A DNA stretch of 64,000 nucleotides from an uncultured Candidatus Actinomarina sp. (GCA_902578135.1 CACHBU010000001.1:33932-97931); one strand, 5' to 3'; counted from the first letter of the stretch, positions 39,752 to 50,177 are shown. Numbers and translations: made by a program. The notes: generated by a model from the sequence alone, not told the origin.

Positions 39752-40735
39752 ATGGAAAGTAAAGAAATACAAAAAATCATTCCATTTGACGATTTATGGG
39801 ATAATTTGAAAAAATTAGAAGAACGGTTGATTGATATTTCTAGTTCAAATGATGAATACCTCTCTTCAATCTCGCAATACTTGATAAAAGCAGGTGGAAA
39901 AAGGTTTAGGCCTATAATTTCACTTCTTTCGGGAAAATTTGGAGATGAAAAAAATTATATAAACAAAATTATAGATGCAGGTGTTGCAGTTGAGTTAATT
40001 CATATTGGAAGCCTTTATCATGATGATGTAATGGACAATGCTACAACACGAAGAGGTGTCGAAAGCTCAAATTCAAAATGGAATTCTAATTTATCTATAT
40101 TGGCTGGAGATTATCTCTTAGCAAGGTCATCTGAGTTAGCTGCCGAAAATTTAGGATTACAGTCAGTGAAATTACTAGCTTCAACTTATGCAGAGTTAGT
40201 AGAAGGACAAACTAAAGAACTAAATCTTTCATTTAACTTAGATCATGGCGTGGAAGACTACCTAAAAGTTATCGAAGGCAAAACAGCTAGTTTAATAAGA
40301 ACAAGTGCAAGACTTGGCGCAATTGCAAGTAATGCAGAAGAAGAAGTTATTGATGCTCTAAGTGAATGGGGTTGGAACTGTGGAATTATATTTCAAATAT
40401 CTGACGATATTTTAGATTTAACTTCAGATGAGAAAACTCTCGGAAAACCATCTGGAAATGATATTTTGGAAGGAACATATACCCTTCCAGTCCTAATCGC
40501 ATTAGAAATGAATCGTGGAAAATATGAAGATATTTTAAAATCAATACAACAGGAGCAAGTTGATATTAATTCGGTAATTAATGAATTTACAACTGATGAA
40601 ATAATTAGTAACTCTAAAGATATAATTAATGATTATTTCAGTAAAAGCATTGAGTCAATATTTGAATTAAAAAACCATTCGTTATTTCCAGTTTTAGAGA
40701 ATATAAACAATTATTTAATTAATAGAACGAATTAA
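39752..40735 (+). CDS. Long-chain polyprenyl diphosphate synthase (HepT/GrcC-like)
   Basis: GGKRFRP, first DDxxD (HDDVMD...RRG), second DDxxD (DDILD) and LAGDYL. Start placed at MESKE. Confidence 0.93.
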   Translation: MESKEIQKIIPFDDLWDNLKKLEERLIDISSSNDEYLSSISQYLIKAGGKRFRPIISLLSGKFGDEKNYINKIIDAGVAVELIHIGSLYHDDVMDNATTRRGVESSNSKWNSNLSILAGDYLLARSSELAAENLGLQSVKLLASTYAELVEGQTKELNLSFNLDHGVEDYLKVIEGKTASLIRTSARLGAIASNAEEEVIDALSEWGWNCGIIFQISDDILDLTSDEKTLGKPSGNDILEGTYTLPVLIALEMNRGKYEDILKSIQQEQVDINSVINEFTTDEIISNSKDIINDYFSKSIESIFELKNHSLFPVLENINNYLINRTN

Positions 40736-42219
40736 TTCTCTGGTTTTAAATGAGGAAAAGCAATTACCTCTCTTATTGAATCATTGTTTGTAATCATCAT
40801 TACAAACCTGTCGACACCAAAGCCCAATCCTCCTGTAGGAGGAAGGCCAAACTCTAAAGCTTCAATGTAATCATTATCTTCAACATGAGCTTCTTCATCA
40901 CCTGCAACTTTTTTTTCTGCTTGGATTTTCAATCTGTTTTCTTGATCAACAGGATCAATCAATTCTGAAAATCCATTTGCTAGTTCACTACCAAATGCAA
41001 AAAGTTCGAATCTCTCAGTGATCCCCCTTTTCTCATCACTTTCTCTAGCAAAAGGAGATACTTCTTTGGGATAATCAGTAACAAATACTGGGTCTACAAT
41101 ATCATGCTCAATATAATTTTCAAAAATGTCAAACACAAATTCTCCAACTGTGGTTGATTCAGATTCAATTTGATATTTTGACTCTAACAATGCCTTAACC
41201 TCATCAAGGTTTGAATCATACGATACGTTTATTTCAAACTTTTCATTAACCAATTCAAACATACTTTTTCTATCCCAAGGGAAACTAAAATCAGCAACTT
41301 TTTCATTGAATTCCACTCTTTTATCTACTTTTAAATTTTCGAGTACATACTGACACATATTTTCAACCATATCGATCACTCCATTGACATCTGTATATGC
41401 TTCATAACTTTCCATCATCGTGAATTCTGGTGAATGTGTTTGGTCAACTCCTTCATTTCGAAATACTTTTCCAAGTTCAAATACTTTTTCAAAACCTCCA
41501 ATTATTAATCTCTTGAGATAAAGCTCAGGAGCAATTCGTAAATACATATCTATATTCATTGCATTGTGATGAGTAGAAAAGGGTCTTGCTATTGCTCCAC
41601 CTGCTTTTGGCTGGAGTGTTGGTGTTTCAACTTCAGTAAAACCCTCCGATGTCATGAATTCTCTGATTAACTTTAAAATATTAAATCTCGTTGAAATTGT
41701 ATTCTTTGCATCTTCATTCACTACAAAATCTAAATATCTTTGTCTAAATCTAGTTTCTTTATCTTTAAGTCCGTGCCATTTCTCAGGAAAGTTTCTAAAT
41801 GATTTTGTAAGCAGTGAAAGATTACTAATGTATATTGATAGTTCTCCTTTTTTTGTTTTCATTATTATTCCAGAAACTCCAACAATATCTCCTACATCAA
41901 GATTTTGAAGATAATCTATTAGCTCTTCTGAAAGGTCTTTGTCTGAATAAACTAATTGGATTTTTCCGGTTTCATCCTTAAGGTCAATAAATGTTAATTT
42001 TCCAAATGATCTAATACTTAAAATTCTTCCCCTAACAGAAACATTTATATCTGTCTTAAAACCGTCTTCTATATCTTTATGTTCTCTGTGTAGGAAGTCT
42101 ATGGGAGTAGAATTTTTAAAACTAGTTTGGAATGACTCAAGCTTACTGTTTTTTATTTTTTGCTCTTTTTCTTTTCTTAAAGAGTAAATTTCATTTTCTG
42201 ATTTAGATAAGTCACTCAC
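40732..42219 (-). CDS. lysS: Lysine--tRNA ligase (class II)
   Basis: RFRQRYLD, YLRIAPELYLKRL, FRNEG and GLPPTGGLGFGVDR motifs. Confidence 0.98.
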   Translation of the reverse strand: MSDLSKSENEIYSLRKEKEQKIKNSKLESFQTSFKNSTPIDFLHREHKDIEDGFKTDINVSVRGRILSIRSFGKLTFIDLKDETGKIQLVYSDKDLSEELIDYLQNLDVGDIVGVSGIIMKTKKGELSIYISNLSLLTKSFRNFPEKWHGLKDKETRFRQRYLDFVVNEDAKNTISTRFNILKLIREFMTSEGFTEVETPTLQPKAGGAIARPFSTHHNAMNIDMYLRIAPELYLKRLIIGGFEKVFELGKVFRNEGVDQTHSPEFTMMESYEAYTDVNGVIDMVENMCQYVLENLKVDKRVEFNEKVADFSFPWDRKSMFELVNEKFEINVSYDSNLDEVKALLESKYQIESESTTVGEFVFDIFENYIEHDIVDPVFVTDYPKEVSPFARESDEKRGITERFELFAFGSELANGFSELIDPVDQENRLKIQAEKKVAGDEEAHVEDNDYIEALEFGLPPTGGLGFGVDRFVMMITNNDSIREVIAFPHLKPEN

Positions 42220-42228
42220 AACTACATC

Positions 42229-42996
42229 TTAATTATTTAATTTAAATATTTCTTCAAGACCAACTAATGTTAGGTTTTCTATATATTCAACATTAACATT
42301 CAGAATCGGTTGTACCACTTTACTTAATCCACCAGTTAAGATGATTTTTGGTTCAATATCTATTTCTAATATTATCTTTTCAACCATTGAATCAATCATT
42401 GAGGCATGTCCCATAATTAATCCGCTTTGTATAGCTTCGTATGTGTTTTTTCCAATAACTTTGTTTGGAGTACCAAGTTCGACCGATTTTAGTGATGCTG
42501 TTTTCAAAGTTAATGCATCAAGACTTATTTTGATTCCAGGAGCTATAGATCCCCCAAGATATTCCTTATTTTTACTGACTACATCAAAAGTTGTAGCTGT
42601 ACCAAGATCAATTACCACAGTATCAGTTTCAGTTATAAGATACCCTGCTACTGAATTAGCAATCCTATCAGGACCAAGTTCTTTTGGGTTATCGATATTA
42701 ACTTTTAATCCAGTCTTAATTCCAGGACCAACAATAACTGGTTCTAAATTTAAATATTTACGAATAGCTTCACTAAAGCTATTCGTAGCCTGTGGGACAA
42801 CAGAGCAAATAATAGCGCCTTCAATATCTTTCTTAATTTCACTTTTAATTTGAAAAGTTGAATTAAAAAGAGCTAATAATTCATCTGGTGTATTTGTATC
42901 TCTTGTTGTAAACCTGTATGAATCCCAGTTATCCTTACTTCCTATCCCTACTGTGGTTTCTGTATTGCCAATATCTACAGCAATTATGTTCCTCAT
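42229..42996 (-). CDS. coaX: Type III pantothenate kinase
   Basis: DIGNT, LGPDR and DLGTATTFD motifs. Confidence 0.96.
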   Translation of the reverse strand: MRNIIAVDIGNTETTVGIGSKDNWDSYRFTTRDTNTPDELLALFNSTFQIKSEIKKDIEGAIICSVVPQATNSFSEAIRKYLNLEPVIVGPGIKTGLKVNIDNPKELGPDRIANSVAGYLITETDTVVIDLGTATTFDVVSKNKEYLGGSIAPGIKISLDALTLKTASLKSVELGTPNKVIGKNTYEAIQSGLIMGHASMIDSMVEKIILEIDIEPKIILTGGLSKVVQPILNVNVEYIENLTLVGLEEIFKLNN

Positions 42997-43820
42997 TGTA
43001 TTACCTCCATATTGTCAATTAATCGAATTCCTTCTACATAAGCAGCAGTAATTAACAATAATTTCTCCTGATTTTTATCTGGTGTTTCAAAATATTTTGG
43101 GTCTACAAAATTTAAATAATCATACTCAATATCATTTTCATTGAATAATTCTTTTCCAATAGCTTCAGCTTGTTGAATGTCTTGATTTTGAAAGAAGTGT
43201 TCTTTTGTATTCTTGAGAATTTGAAAAATATTCCTTGCAATATTAATGCCGCTTTTAGATAGTAAACGATTTCTACTACTCATAGCTAATCCATATTCAT
43301 CTCTAATTATTTCTCCTTCTATTATTTTTAAATTATTGCTTTTATTAACAAAAAATTTTTTAACTAGGTAAAGTTGTTGAGCGTCTTTTTTTCCAAAAAC
43401 TGCTGACTTTGGGTTTACTAATTCAAACAACCTGTTAACAACAGTTAATACCCCGTCAAAATGACCTGGCCTGTGAGCGCCTTCAAACAAACTTCCTTTT
43501 TCTCCAGATTTTATTCCATCTAGTTCTGCAAAATCTTTTGGGTAAATATAATTTTCATCTGGTATGAATATATAATCAACTTCCTCTTTTCTTAAGAGTT
43601 CTATATCTTTATCAAGGTCAATCGGATAGTTATCGTAATCACTTTCATCATTAAATTGCCTTTTATTAACAAAGATCGAAACAATTGTCTTGTCATTTGT
43701 AGACTGCTTTCCAAGTTTAACTAATGACAAATGTCCTTTATGCAATGCCCCCATTGTTGGAATAAAGCATTTCTCCTCAAGAAATATTTTTTTATCGATT
43801 TCATTTATTATTCTTGTCAT
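42993..43820 (-). CDS. panC: Pantoate--beta-alanine ligase
   Basis: PTMGALHKGH, RPGHFDGV, KDAQQ and GLAMSSRN motifs. Confidence 0.96.
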   Translation of the reverse strand: MTRIINEIDKKIFLEEKCFIPTMGALHKGHLSLVKLGKQSTNDKTIVSIFVNKRQFNDESDYDNYPIDLDKDIELLRKEEVDYIFIPDENYIYPKDFAELDGIKSGEKGSLFEGAHRPGHFDGVLTVVNRLFELVNPKSAVFGKKDAQQLYLVKKFFVNKSNNLKIIEGEIIRDEYGLAMSSRNRLLSKSGINIARNIFQILKNTKEHFFQNQDIQQAEAIGKELFNENDIEYDYLNFVDPKYFETPDKNQEKLLLITAAYVEGIRLIDNMEVIQ

Positions 43821-43847
43821 ATCGTGCCCTAAATATGGTGCCCGTAC

Positions 43848-44321
43848 TTATAGATTTATACTACCTACTCTTTTAACTTTTTGACCATTAATTTTATATT
43901 CAGACTTATTCAACTCCAGCTCTAAAATTTCATACAAAGGCTCTATAACAAATAATCTATTTTTCCAGTCATAATGTGGAATAGTCAAATTATCTTGATT
44001 GACTTCGTAATTGTTAAAAAATATGATGTCGATGTCAATTAACCTAGGTCCATATCTAAATGTAGATTCTCTCCCCATATCATTTTCTATTATCTTTATA
44101 CCTTCTAACAATTGATCTGGAGACCCTTTGTATTCAACTTCCAAAATCATATTTAAAAAACTATTTTGGTTTTCAAAAAGTAATGGTTCTGTTTCATAAA
44201 TAGAAGATGCTTTAACAATTTTCATTTTTTTAGAAAGTTCCAATATTGCTTTTGTAAGGTTGTCTGTCCTATCTCCGATATTTGATCCTAAAGAAAGATA
44301 AATACTATTTAAATTTTTCAC
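43848..44321 (-). CDS. folK: 2-amino-4-hydroxy-6-hydroxymethyldihydropteridine diphosphokinase
   Basis: YLSLGSNIG, YETEP, FLN, GPRLIDIDII and IPH motifs. Start placed at GTG 44321. Confidence 0.95.
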   Translation of the reverse strand: MKNLNSIYLSLGSNIGDRTDNLTKAILELSKKMKIVKASSIYETEPLLFENQNSFLNMILEVEYKGSPDQLLEGIKIIENDMGRESTFRYGPRLIDIDIIFFNNYEVNQDNLTIPHYDWKNRLFVIEPLYEILELELNKSEYKINGQKVKRVGSINL

Positions 44322-44676
44322 TGTAAGTAACTGATAAATCATTTGTTTTTTCTTTCAAAATAGTATCTGGTTTATGAACTGTCACGATGATTTCAAATAT
44401 TTTTACATTACTTTTGGAATTATATTTTTCATAAATATCTTGGGTGATTTTTTTTGATAATGTCTCGATAAGGTTAAAGCTTTCAGTTTTGACAATTCCA
44501 ATTACATCATCCACTACGTTTTCATAGTTAATTGTGTCATATATTTCATCACCTTGAAAATTATCTATAGTAATTTTTACATCTATAAGGAATTTTTGAT
44601 CACTTGACTTTTCAATTTCGTAGATTCCGTGTTTCCCTGATGTTTTGATCCCAAGAATATTTATGTCATATGACAT
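44305..44676 (-). CDS. folB: Dihydroneopterin aldolase
   Basis: HGIYEIE..Q.F.ID, DTINY, NLIETL and VTVHKP motifs. Confidence 0.9.
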   Translation of the reverse strand: MSYDINILGIKTSGKHGIYEIEKSSDQKFLIDVKITIDNFQGDEIYDTINYENVVDDVIGIVKTESFNLIETLSKKITQDIYEKYNSKSNVKIFEIIVTVHKPDTILKEKTNDLSVTYSEKFK

Positions 44677-44679
44677 TTT

Positions 44680-45150
44680 TTAAGTATTTGGAATAAGGGC
44701 AATAGCCTTTGGAGATAGTGGCTTCTCTAATATCTTTTCTAATATTGTTCTAGCTAGAATTGGATCGTCTAGAAGTTCAGAATAAATTAAATATCCAGCA
44801 AGTATACCTGGCACCTCTTCATCTAAGTACTCTCTGTGTATTAGAAGTTTTCTTTCTTTGTCTGTTAGTGCTTCTTTTATTGCCTCAAATATTATGTTTA
44901 ACGACTCCTTTGGGACATCATCTGCAAGAGGATAGTGGTAAGTCCTGAATCCTACCTCTTGGTAGTTCTTTAAATTGAAATCTGAATCTAACAAAGAAAA
45001 AATTGCATTTATTCCTTGACTCTTAATCCATTGAATTTCTTCTTCTCTTCTAATTTTCCTAGGTGTTAATCCACCACCACCAATACATTCAGAAACTGCT
45101 AGTTTTCCTTCAATAATCCAGTTAAAATCATTTGGTTTTAAACCAGCCAT
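44680..45150 (-). CDS. Dual-specificity-phosphatase-fold protein lacking the CX5R catalytic motif
   Basis: FNWIIEGKLAVS...GINAIFSLL...YHYPLAD matches the DSP/CDKN3 pattern; HCxxGxxR is replaced by HREYLDEE. Start behind AAAGGA. Confidence 0.7.
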   Translation of the reverse strand: MAGLKPNDFNWIIEGKLAVSECIGGGGLTPRKIRREEEIQWIKSQGINAIFSLLDSDFNLKNYQEVGFRTYHYPLADDVPKESLNIIFEAIKEALTDKERKLLIHREYLDEEVPGILAGYLIYSELLDDPILARTILEKILEKPLSPKAIALIPNT

Positions 45151-45187
45151 ATTTCCTTTCTGTAAATACAATAATAGCTTACACTAA

Positions 45188-45934
45188 TTACGAATTTGTT
45201 AGATGCATTCTTACTAGTGAAACCCCAGAATCAACACAGTGTTTGAATAAATCAGAATTTGACATTGGAATATTTTTAATAAATTTCTTTTTTGAATACC
45301 CAACAATCAAGGGAAAGCCATCTTTAAGTTCTTTGATGTTCATCAATAAATCAACAGAATCAGATAAATTTTTACCAAACCCTAAGCCTGGATCAACTGC
45401 AATTTGTTCTTCCCTAACTCCCAAACCTATTAGTGATTTTATTTTTGAATTTAAGTGTTCTTTTACTTCCTTCACGACATCTTTATAAATCATTTTATGA
45501 TGCAAAGATTCTGATTTAGGATGTCTATGAACTAAGATGATTTTTGATTTTGAATCAACGGCTATTCGAATCATTTCTTCTTTCATGAAGCCACTTACAT
45601 CGTTGATTATTTCAAAATTATTTTCAACTGCATGGTTTGTCACAATTGGATTAAATGAATCAATTGAAAATGAAAATTTATTTTGATTTGTATTTATAAA
45701 ATAATTTAACCTTTTAATCTCCTCTTCAGTTGTGACACTATCAAATCCTGGTTTTGTTGAAGCACAACCAACATCAATAAAATTGATATTTTTTTGATTT
45801 GCAGAATGCAATAACCTATTTAATTTAGCGTCCTTATTAAATACGCCATCACCTGTAAATGAGTCATTAGATAAATTTATAATTCCTAATATTTTTGAAT
45901 TATCTGAGGATAATGCACGATTCCAATTGGACAA
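45188..45934 (-). CDS. folP: Dihydropteroate synthase (divergent)
   Basis: GIINLSNDSF, STKPG, SID, INDVSG, DPGLGFGK, GYSKK and RMH motifs. Confidence 0.9.
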   Translation of the reverse strand: MSNWNRALSSDNSKILGIINLSNDSFTGDGVFNKDAKLNRLLHSANQKNINFIDVGCASTKPGFDSVTTEEEIKRLNYFINTNQNKFSFSIDSFNPIVTNHAVENNFEIINDVSGFMKEEMIRIAVDSKSKIILVHRHPKSESLHHKMIYKDVVKEVKEHLNSKIKSLIGLGVREEQIAVDPGLGFGKNLSDSVDLLMNIKELKDGFPLIVGYSKKKFIKNIPMSNSDLFKHCVDSGVSLVRMHLTNS

Positions 45935-45937
45935 TTT

Positions 45938-46498
45938 CTAAAAATTTAATAAGGCTTCATTACGAAGCGTATGGTCGATTTCGTAGATTCCAGTACTGTA
46001 AGTTGTTTCAAATTCAGTTTGAGAATTTTCAATATTTAACAAACTTGAACACATGTGATTTGCACTTATTTTTACCATCACACCTTCAGGATCTAGTGCA
46101 TTTTGTATTTCAATTGCTATATTTTTTGTTAGAGTTTCCTGCAAAGTTAAATTATTTGAAAGCATATTTACAAGTTCACTAAATTTAGAAACTCCAGCTA
46201 TTTTGCTATTTGGATAAACAGCTATATTGACCAAGCCTGTAAAAGGAAGTAGGTGATGCTCACATAAGCTAACAAAATTTATTCCTTTTAAGTAAATAGG
46301 TTGATTGTGTTCTACATTTTCCAGATTAATTAAAATTTCAGATGGTGAGTGCGATTTGTGTAATTTTAACTCTATTTGCTCAAGAAACTTTTTGGAAAGT
46401 TTCAGTATTTCTTTTTCTGATTTGTCAGTCTTTGTTTTTAAAAATTCGAAAAGAGCAATCTCAATATTGCTCTTAGTTTCATTTACAGAACTCATCAA
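45938..46498 (-). CDS. folE: GTP cyclohydrolase I family protein (divergent)
   Basis: [17 protein letters not shown] and HMC motifs; conserved position between ftsH and folP. Confidence 0.85.
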   Translation of the reverse strand: MMSSVNETKSNIEIALFEFLKTKTDKSEKEILKLSKKFLEQIELKLHKSHSPSEILINLENVEHNQPIYLKGINFVSLCEHHLLPFTGLVNIAVYPNSKIAGVSKFSELVNMLSNNLTLQETLTKNIAIEIQNALDPEGVMVKISANHMCSSLLNIENSQTEFETTYSTGIYEIDHTLRNEALLNF

Positions 46499-48354
46499 GC
46501 AAGCCTTAAGCTTTTTCCAGAACCGGTTATTTTTACTTTTGCAATTGTTTTAAAAATTTCTGATACTTCATCTTTGTTTAATGTCTCTTTTTCCATTAAC
46601 TGTTTGACCATAGCATCCATTTGTTTCTTAAATTTCTTTAGAATCTTTCCAGCAATTACATGTGCATCGTTTAATAAATTTCTTACTTCGTCGTCAATAG
46701 AAGAAGCTATTTCATCGGAATAATCTTGTTGTCTTCCGTAATCTCTTCCTAGAAATACTTCATTAGATCCTTTACCGTAAAGCATTGGCCCTAGCTTTTC
46801 GCTCATTCCAAATTCCATAACCATTCTTCTAGCAATGTCTGTAGCTTTTTCTATGTCATTTGAGGCACCTGTAGTAGGATCAGCAAAAATTAATTCTTCT
46901 GCCACTCGACCTCCCATCAGCATTGCAAGCCTGTCTTTAAGCTCAGCTTTGGATGAAAGATATTTTTCACTATCAGGGAGTGCTTGAGTATAGCCTAAAG
47001 CTCGACCACGGGGAATAATGGTAACTTTGTGGATAGGATCAGCATTGGGAAGGGCCCATCCAACTAAGGCATGGCCTGTTTCATGATAAGCGATAATTAA
47101 TTTTTCTTCTTCGGTCATTACTTGGCTTTTCTTTTCTGGACCGGCCATTACTCTATCTATGGAATTTTCAATATCTGAAATACCAATCGTTTTCTTATTT
47201 TTTCTTGCTGCTAATAAAGCTGCTTCATTTAATAAATTTGCTAAATCGGCGCCGGTAAAACCAGGTGTTTGTTTTGCTAATGTTTCAAAATTAACATTTT
47301 TTGCTAATGGCTTATCTTTTGCATGAACTTTAAGTATTTGTGTCCTTCCAGATAAATCTGGCCTTCCAACAATGACTTGTCTATCAAATCTACCAGGCCT
47401 AAGAAGTGCTGGGTCTAAAACATCTGGTCTATTAGTCGCAGCCATAAGGATTACTCCCTGATTTGCTTCAAACCCATCCATCTCAACTAAAAGTTGGTTT
47501 AATGTTTGCTCCCGCTCGTCGTGACCTCCACCTAAACCAGCTCCCCTCATTCTTCCAACTGCGTCAATTTCATCGATAAAAATTATTGCTGGAGATGCTT
47601 CTTTAGCTTTTTTAAATAGATCTCTAACTCTACTGGCTCCAACTCCGACAAACATTTCAACAAAATCTGATCCTGAAATACTAAAGAATGGAACTCCTGC
47701 CTCTCCTGCTACTGCTTTTGCTAAAAGGGTTTTTCCGGTTCCCGGTGGTCCAACAAGTAGAACTCCTTTTGGAATCTTTGCTCCTAACTTATTAAATTTT
47801 TCTGGAGACTTAAGGAATTCTTTAATCTCTTCGAGTTCTTCTTTAGCTTCTTCTACACCAGCGACATCTTTAAAAGTTACTTTTGGGGATTCTTCATCTA
47901 GTTCTTTAGCCTTTGATTTTCCAAATTGCATTATTTGATTTCCGTTTGATCTGACTTGAGAAAACATATAAAACATAAAAGCAGCTAGAAATAGCCAAGG
48001 TAAAAATGCAAAAAAGTAGTCCTGAAATCCTGCAGGTTCTGTGTCTGTGTTCAAAATAATATCTTGGTCTACAAGGAGTTGAAAGACTTCTCCTTCAAAG
48101 CCTTCTGGATATTCTGTTTGATAAATTGTGTCATCATTATTTAATTTAAATTCGACAAGATTTGACTGTTCTTTTATGGTTGCTTCAGATACATTTCCAG
48201 ACTGTATGTCGTTTTTAAATATTGTAAAAGATTTACTTTCTGGTGAGTTTACAGTTGAATTATATTGCTGTACTCCAAAAAATATTAAAAGACCAAGTCC
48301 AACATAAAGAAGAAAAGACCTGTTGTTGTTTTTGTTTCCTTTTTTATTTTCCAT
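46495..48354 (-). CDS. ftsH: ATP-dependent zinc metalloprotease FtsH
   Basis: Two TMs, [17 protein letters not shown], second region of homology [10 protein letters not shown], and HETGH. Confidence 0.98.
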   Translation of the reverse strand: MENKKGNKNNNRSFLLYVGLGLLIFFGVQQYNSTVNSPESKSFTIFKNDIQSGNVSEATIKEQSNLVEFKLNNDDTIYQTEYPEGFEGEVFQLLVDQDIILNTDTEPAGFQDYFFAFLPWLFLAAFMFYMFSQVRSNGNQIMQFGKSKAKELDEESPKVTFKDVAGVEEAKEELEEIKEFLKSPEKFNKLGAKIPKGVLLVGPPGTGKTLLAKAVAGEAGVPFFSISGSDFVEMFVGVGASRVRDLFKKAKEASPAIIFIDEIDAVGRMRGAGLGGGHDEREQTLNQLLVEMDGFEANQGVILMAATNRPDVLDPALLRPGRFDRQVIVGRPDLSGRTQILKVHAKDKPLAKNVNFETLAKQTPGFTGADLANLLNEAALLAARKNKKTIGISDIENSIDRVMAGPEKKSQVMTEEEKLIIAYHETGHALVGWALPNADPIHKVTIIPRGRALGYTQALPDSEKYLSSKAELKDRLAMLMGGRVAEELIFADPTTGASNDIEKATDIARRMVMEFGMSEKLGPMLYGKGSNEVFLGRDYGRQQDYSDEIASSIDDEVRNLLNDAHVIAGKILKKFKKQMDAMVKQLMEKETLNKDEVSEIFKTIAKVKITGSGKSLRLA

Positions 48355-48397
48355 CTTCTTAATTTAATACTGTTGAGTTTAAAAGCAATAGTGAGAT

Positions 48398-48910
48398 TTA
48401 TGACAAAACACCAAGGAAAGGGAGCTCTCTATATTTTCCTTCATAATCGAGACCATATCCCACAACGAATTCTGGTCCTATCTCAAATCCTGAATATTTT
48501 ATGTCTACTGGTTCAATTGCAATATCTTTTTTAATAAACATACACAATATTTCAATGCTTTTTGGGTTTCTAGATTCAAGCAAATTTTTTAAGTGAGATA
48601 TAGTCAAACCTGTATCAAAAATATCTTCGACAATCAATATATTTTTTCCAGTTATATCTATATCAAGATCCTTATCAATTTTTATTTGACCAGTAGATTT
48701 TGTTCCTTCATAAGATTGGATGCTCATAAATTCGAATGTTACATCTACATTGAGCTGCTTTGCTAAGTCGCTGATAACAATAAATGCACCTTTTAGGATA
48801 CCAACTATTACTAGTTCTCCTCCCGAGTAATCTTTGTTGATTCTTTCAGCTAGCTCTTTAACTTTTTGTTCAATTTCAACTTGTTCAATAAGGACTTTAG
48901 ATACTTTCAA
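48398..48910 (-). CDS. hpt: Hypoxanthine-guanine phosphoribosyltransferase
   Basis: GILKGA, LIVEDIFDTGLT and FVVGYGLDY motifs. Confidence 0.97.
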   Translation of the reverse strand: MKVSKVLIEQVEIEQKVKELAERINKDYSGGELVIVGILKGAFIVISDLAKQLNVDVTFEFMSIQSYEGTKSTGQIKIDKDLDIDITGKNILIVEDIFDTGLTISHLKNLLESRNPKSIEILCMFIKKDIAIEPVDIKYSGFEIGPEFVVGYGLDYEGKYRELPFLGVLS

Positions 48911-50162
48911 AATTGCTCTTTTCTATTGAAGTTGTAATTATATGTTTGTTGTTTTCTGAATCAAAATCTTTTGCTAAATCACTTTTTCTAACCCCTGGAA
49001 TCCATATGACTTCATTATCAATTTTTGCAATAGGCCAAACTTCTCTGAGAGGTTCTTTAACTCCAAAAGACCTCAATACCTCAGATACTTTCTGTGATGA
49101 ACCATTAATTGAAATCTTGTCACCACTAGAGATTGAAGATATATTGAAATTTTCCACTAAATTTTGTGGTACTCCAAGTTTCCAGTTGTTTGAATAATTA
49201 CATTTTGTAGTATGTTGAAAATTAAAATAACCAAAAGTCATGTCTTCATCAGAATTCAATTTCCACATTTCTTTTTCAATAAATACAACTAAACCAGATT
49301 GATTAGAAACCACCCAGTTTTTGTGATAACTTACATGGCTTCTGCTAGTAATCGATGAATATATTTTTTTCAAATCATCTCCTTGGAGACCACTTTGTCC
49401 AATAGATGAAGAGATTAAAGAAATTAAGTAATTTGATCTTGAATCATTTTCCTGAATAAGTAAAAGCGGCACTTCAAAATATCCTTTTGCAAACTTAATA
49501 AATTTTCTTACTTCTACTTTATTTTCAAGCAGTACCTCTATTTCCAAAATTAGATTTGAAATTTTTTTATTTATCTCTCCCGGAAATCTTTCATCTACTT
49601 CTGGTATTAATTGGTTTCTAATCCAATTTCTAGAAATTTTATTATTTTGGTTTGTAGTGTCTTCAGTAAATACAATATTATTTTTTATTGCATAATCTTG
49701 GATCTCAGACTTCTTTGTATTTATTAGTGGTCTTAATAAATTTTCATTTTCAGCTTTAATTGATGTAAGCCCTTTTAGCCTGGTGCCTCTAAATAGGTTA
49801 ATCAGAAAAGTTTCAACTTTATCATCTTTGTGATGACCTGTTACTAATATTTCTTCTTCTCTAAGATTATCAAATAATAAACCGTACCTTTTTTCTCTCA
49901 TTTTTGTTTCGGAGGCGTTTTCTTCTAAATCTGAAATGATGTTTTCATGTCTTGTTTCAAGATGTTTTGCAATTTTTTCGGCAGATTTTTGTAATAAACT
50001 TGAGTCTTTCTGATTATGATTTACAAAAATTGTTCTATAAGACAAATTTAGTTCGTTAAAAATTGAAGCTAATACTGCACTATCAACACCTCCGCTGAGT
50101 GCTAAAACATATTTATTATTCTTATTAACTAATTTGAGTATCTTATTTTTAATATCTGTCAT
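48897..50162 (-). CDS. tilS: tRNA(Ile)-lysidine synthetase
   Basis: SGGVDS PP-loop, GHHKDD..ET, RPL and RNWIR motifs; conserved position upstream of hpt. Confidence 0.94.
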   Translation of the reverse strand: MTDIKNKILKLVNKNNKYVLALSGGVDSAVLASIFNELNLSYRTIFVNHNQKDSSLLQKSAEKIAKHLETRHENIISDLEENASETKMREKRYGLLFDNLREEEILVTGHHKDDKVETFLINLFRGTRLKGLTSIKAENENLLRPLINTKKSEIQDYAIKNNIVFTEDTTNQNNKISRNWIRNQLIPEVDERFPGEINKKISNLILEIEVLLENKVEVRKFIKFAKGYFEVPLLLIQENDSRSNYLISLISSSIGQSGLQGDDLKKIYSSITSRSHVSYHKNWVVSNQSGLVVFIEKEMWKLNSDEDMTFGYFNFQHTTKCNYSNNWKLGVPQNLVENFNISSISSGDKISINGSSQKVSEVLRSFGVKEPLREVWPIAKIDNEVIWIPGVRKSDLAKDFDSENNKHIITTSIEKSNFESI

Positions 50163-50177
50163 AAAGAAAAAGTATTG

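Noticed and set aside
43820-43848. GTGCCC direct repeat between folK and panC, reminiscent of TPP/cobalamin riboswitch starts
   Set aside because: The gap is only 27 nt and none of the other conserved riboswitch elements are present.
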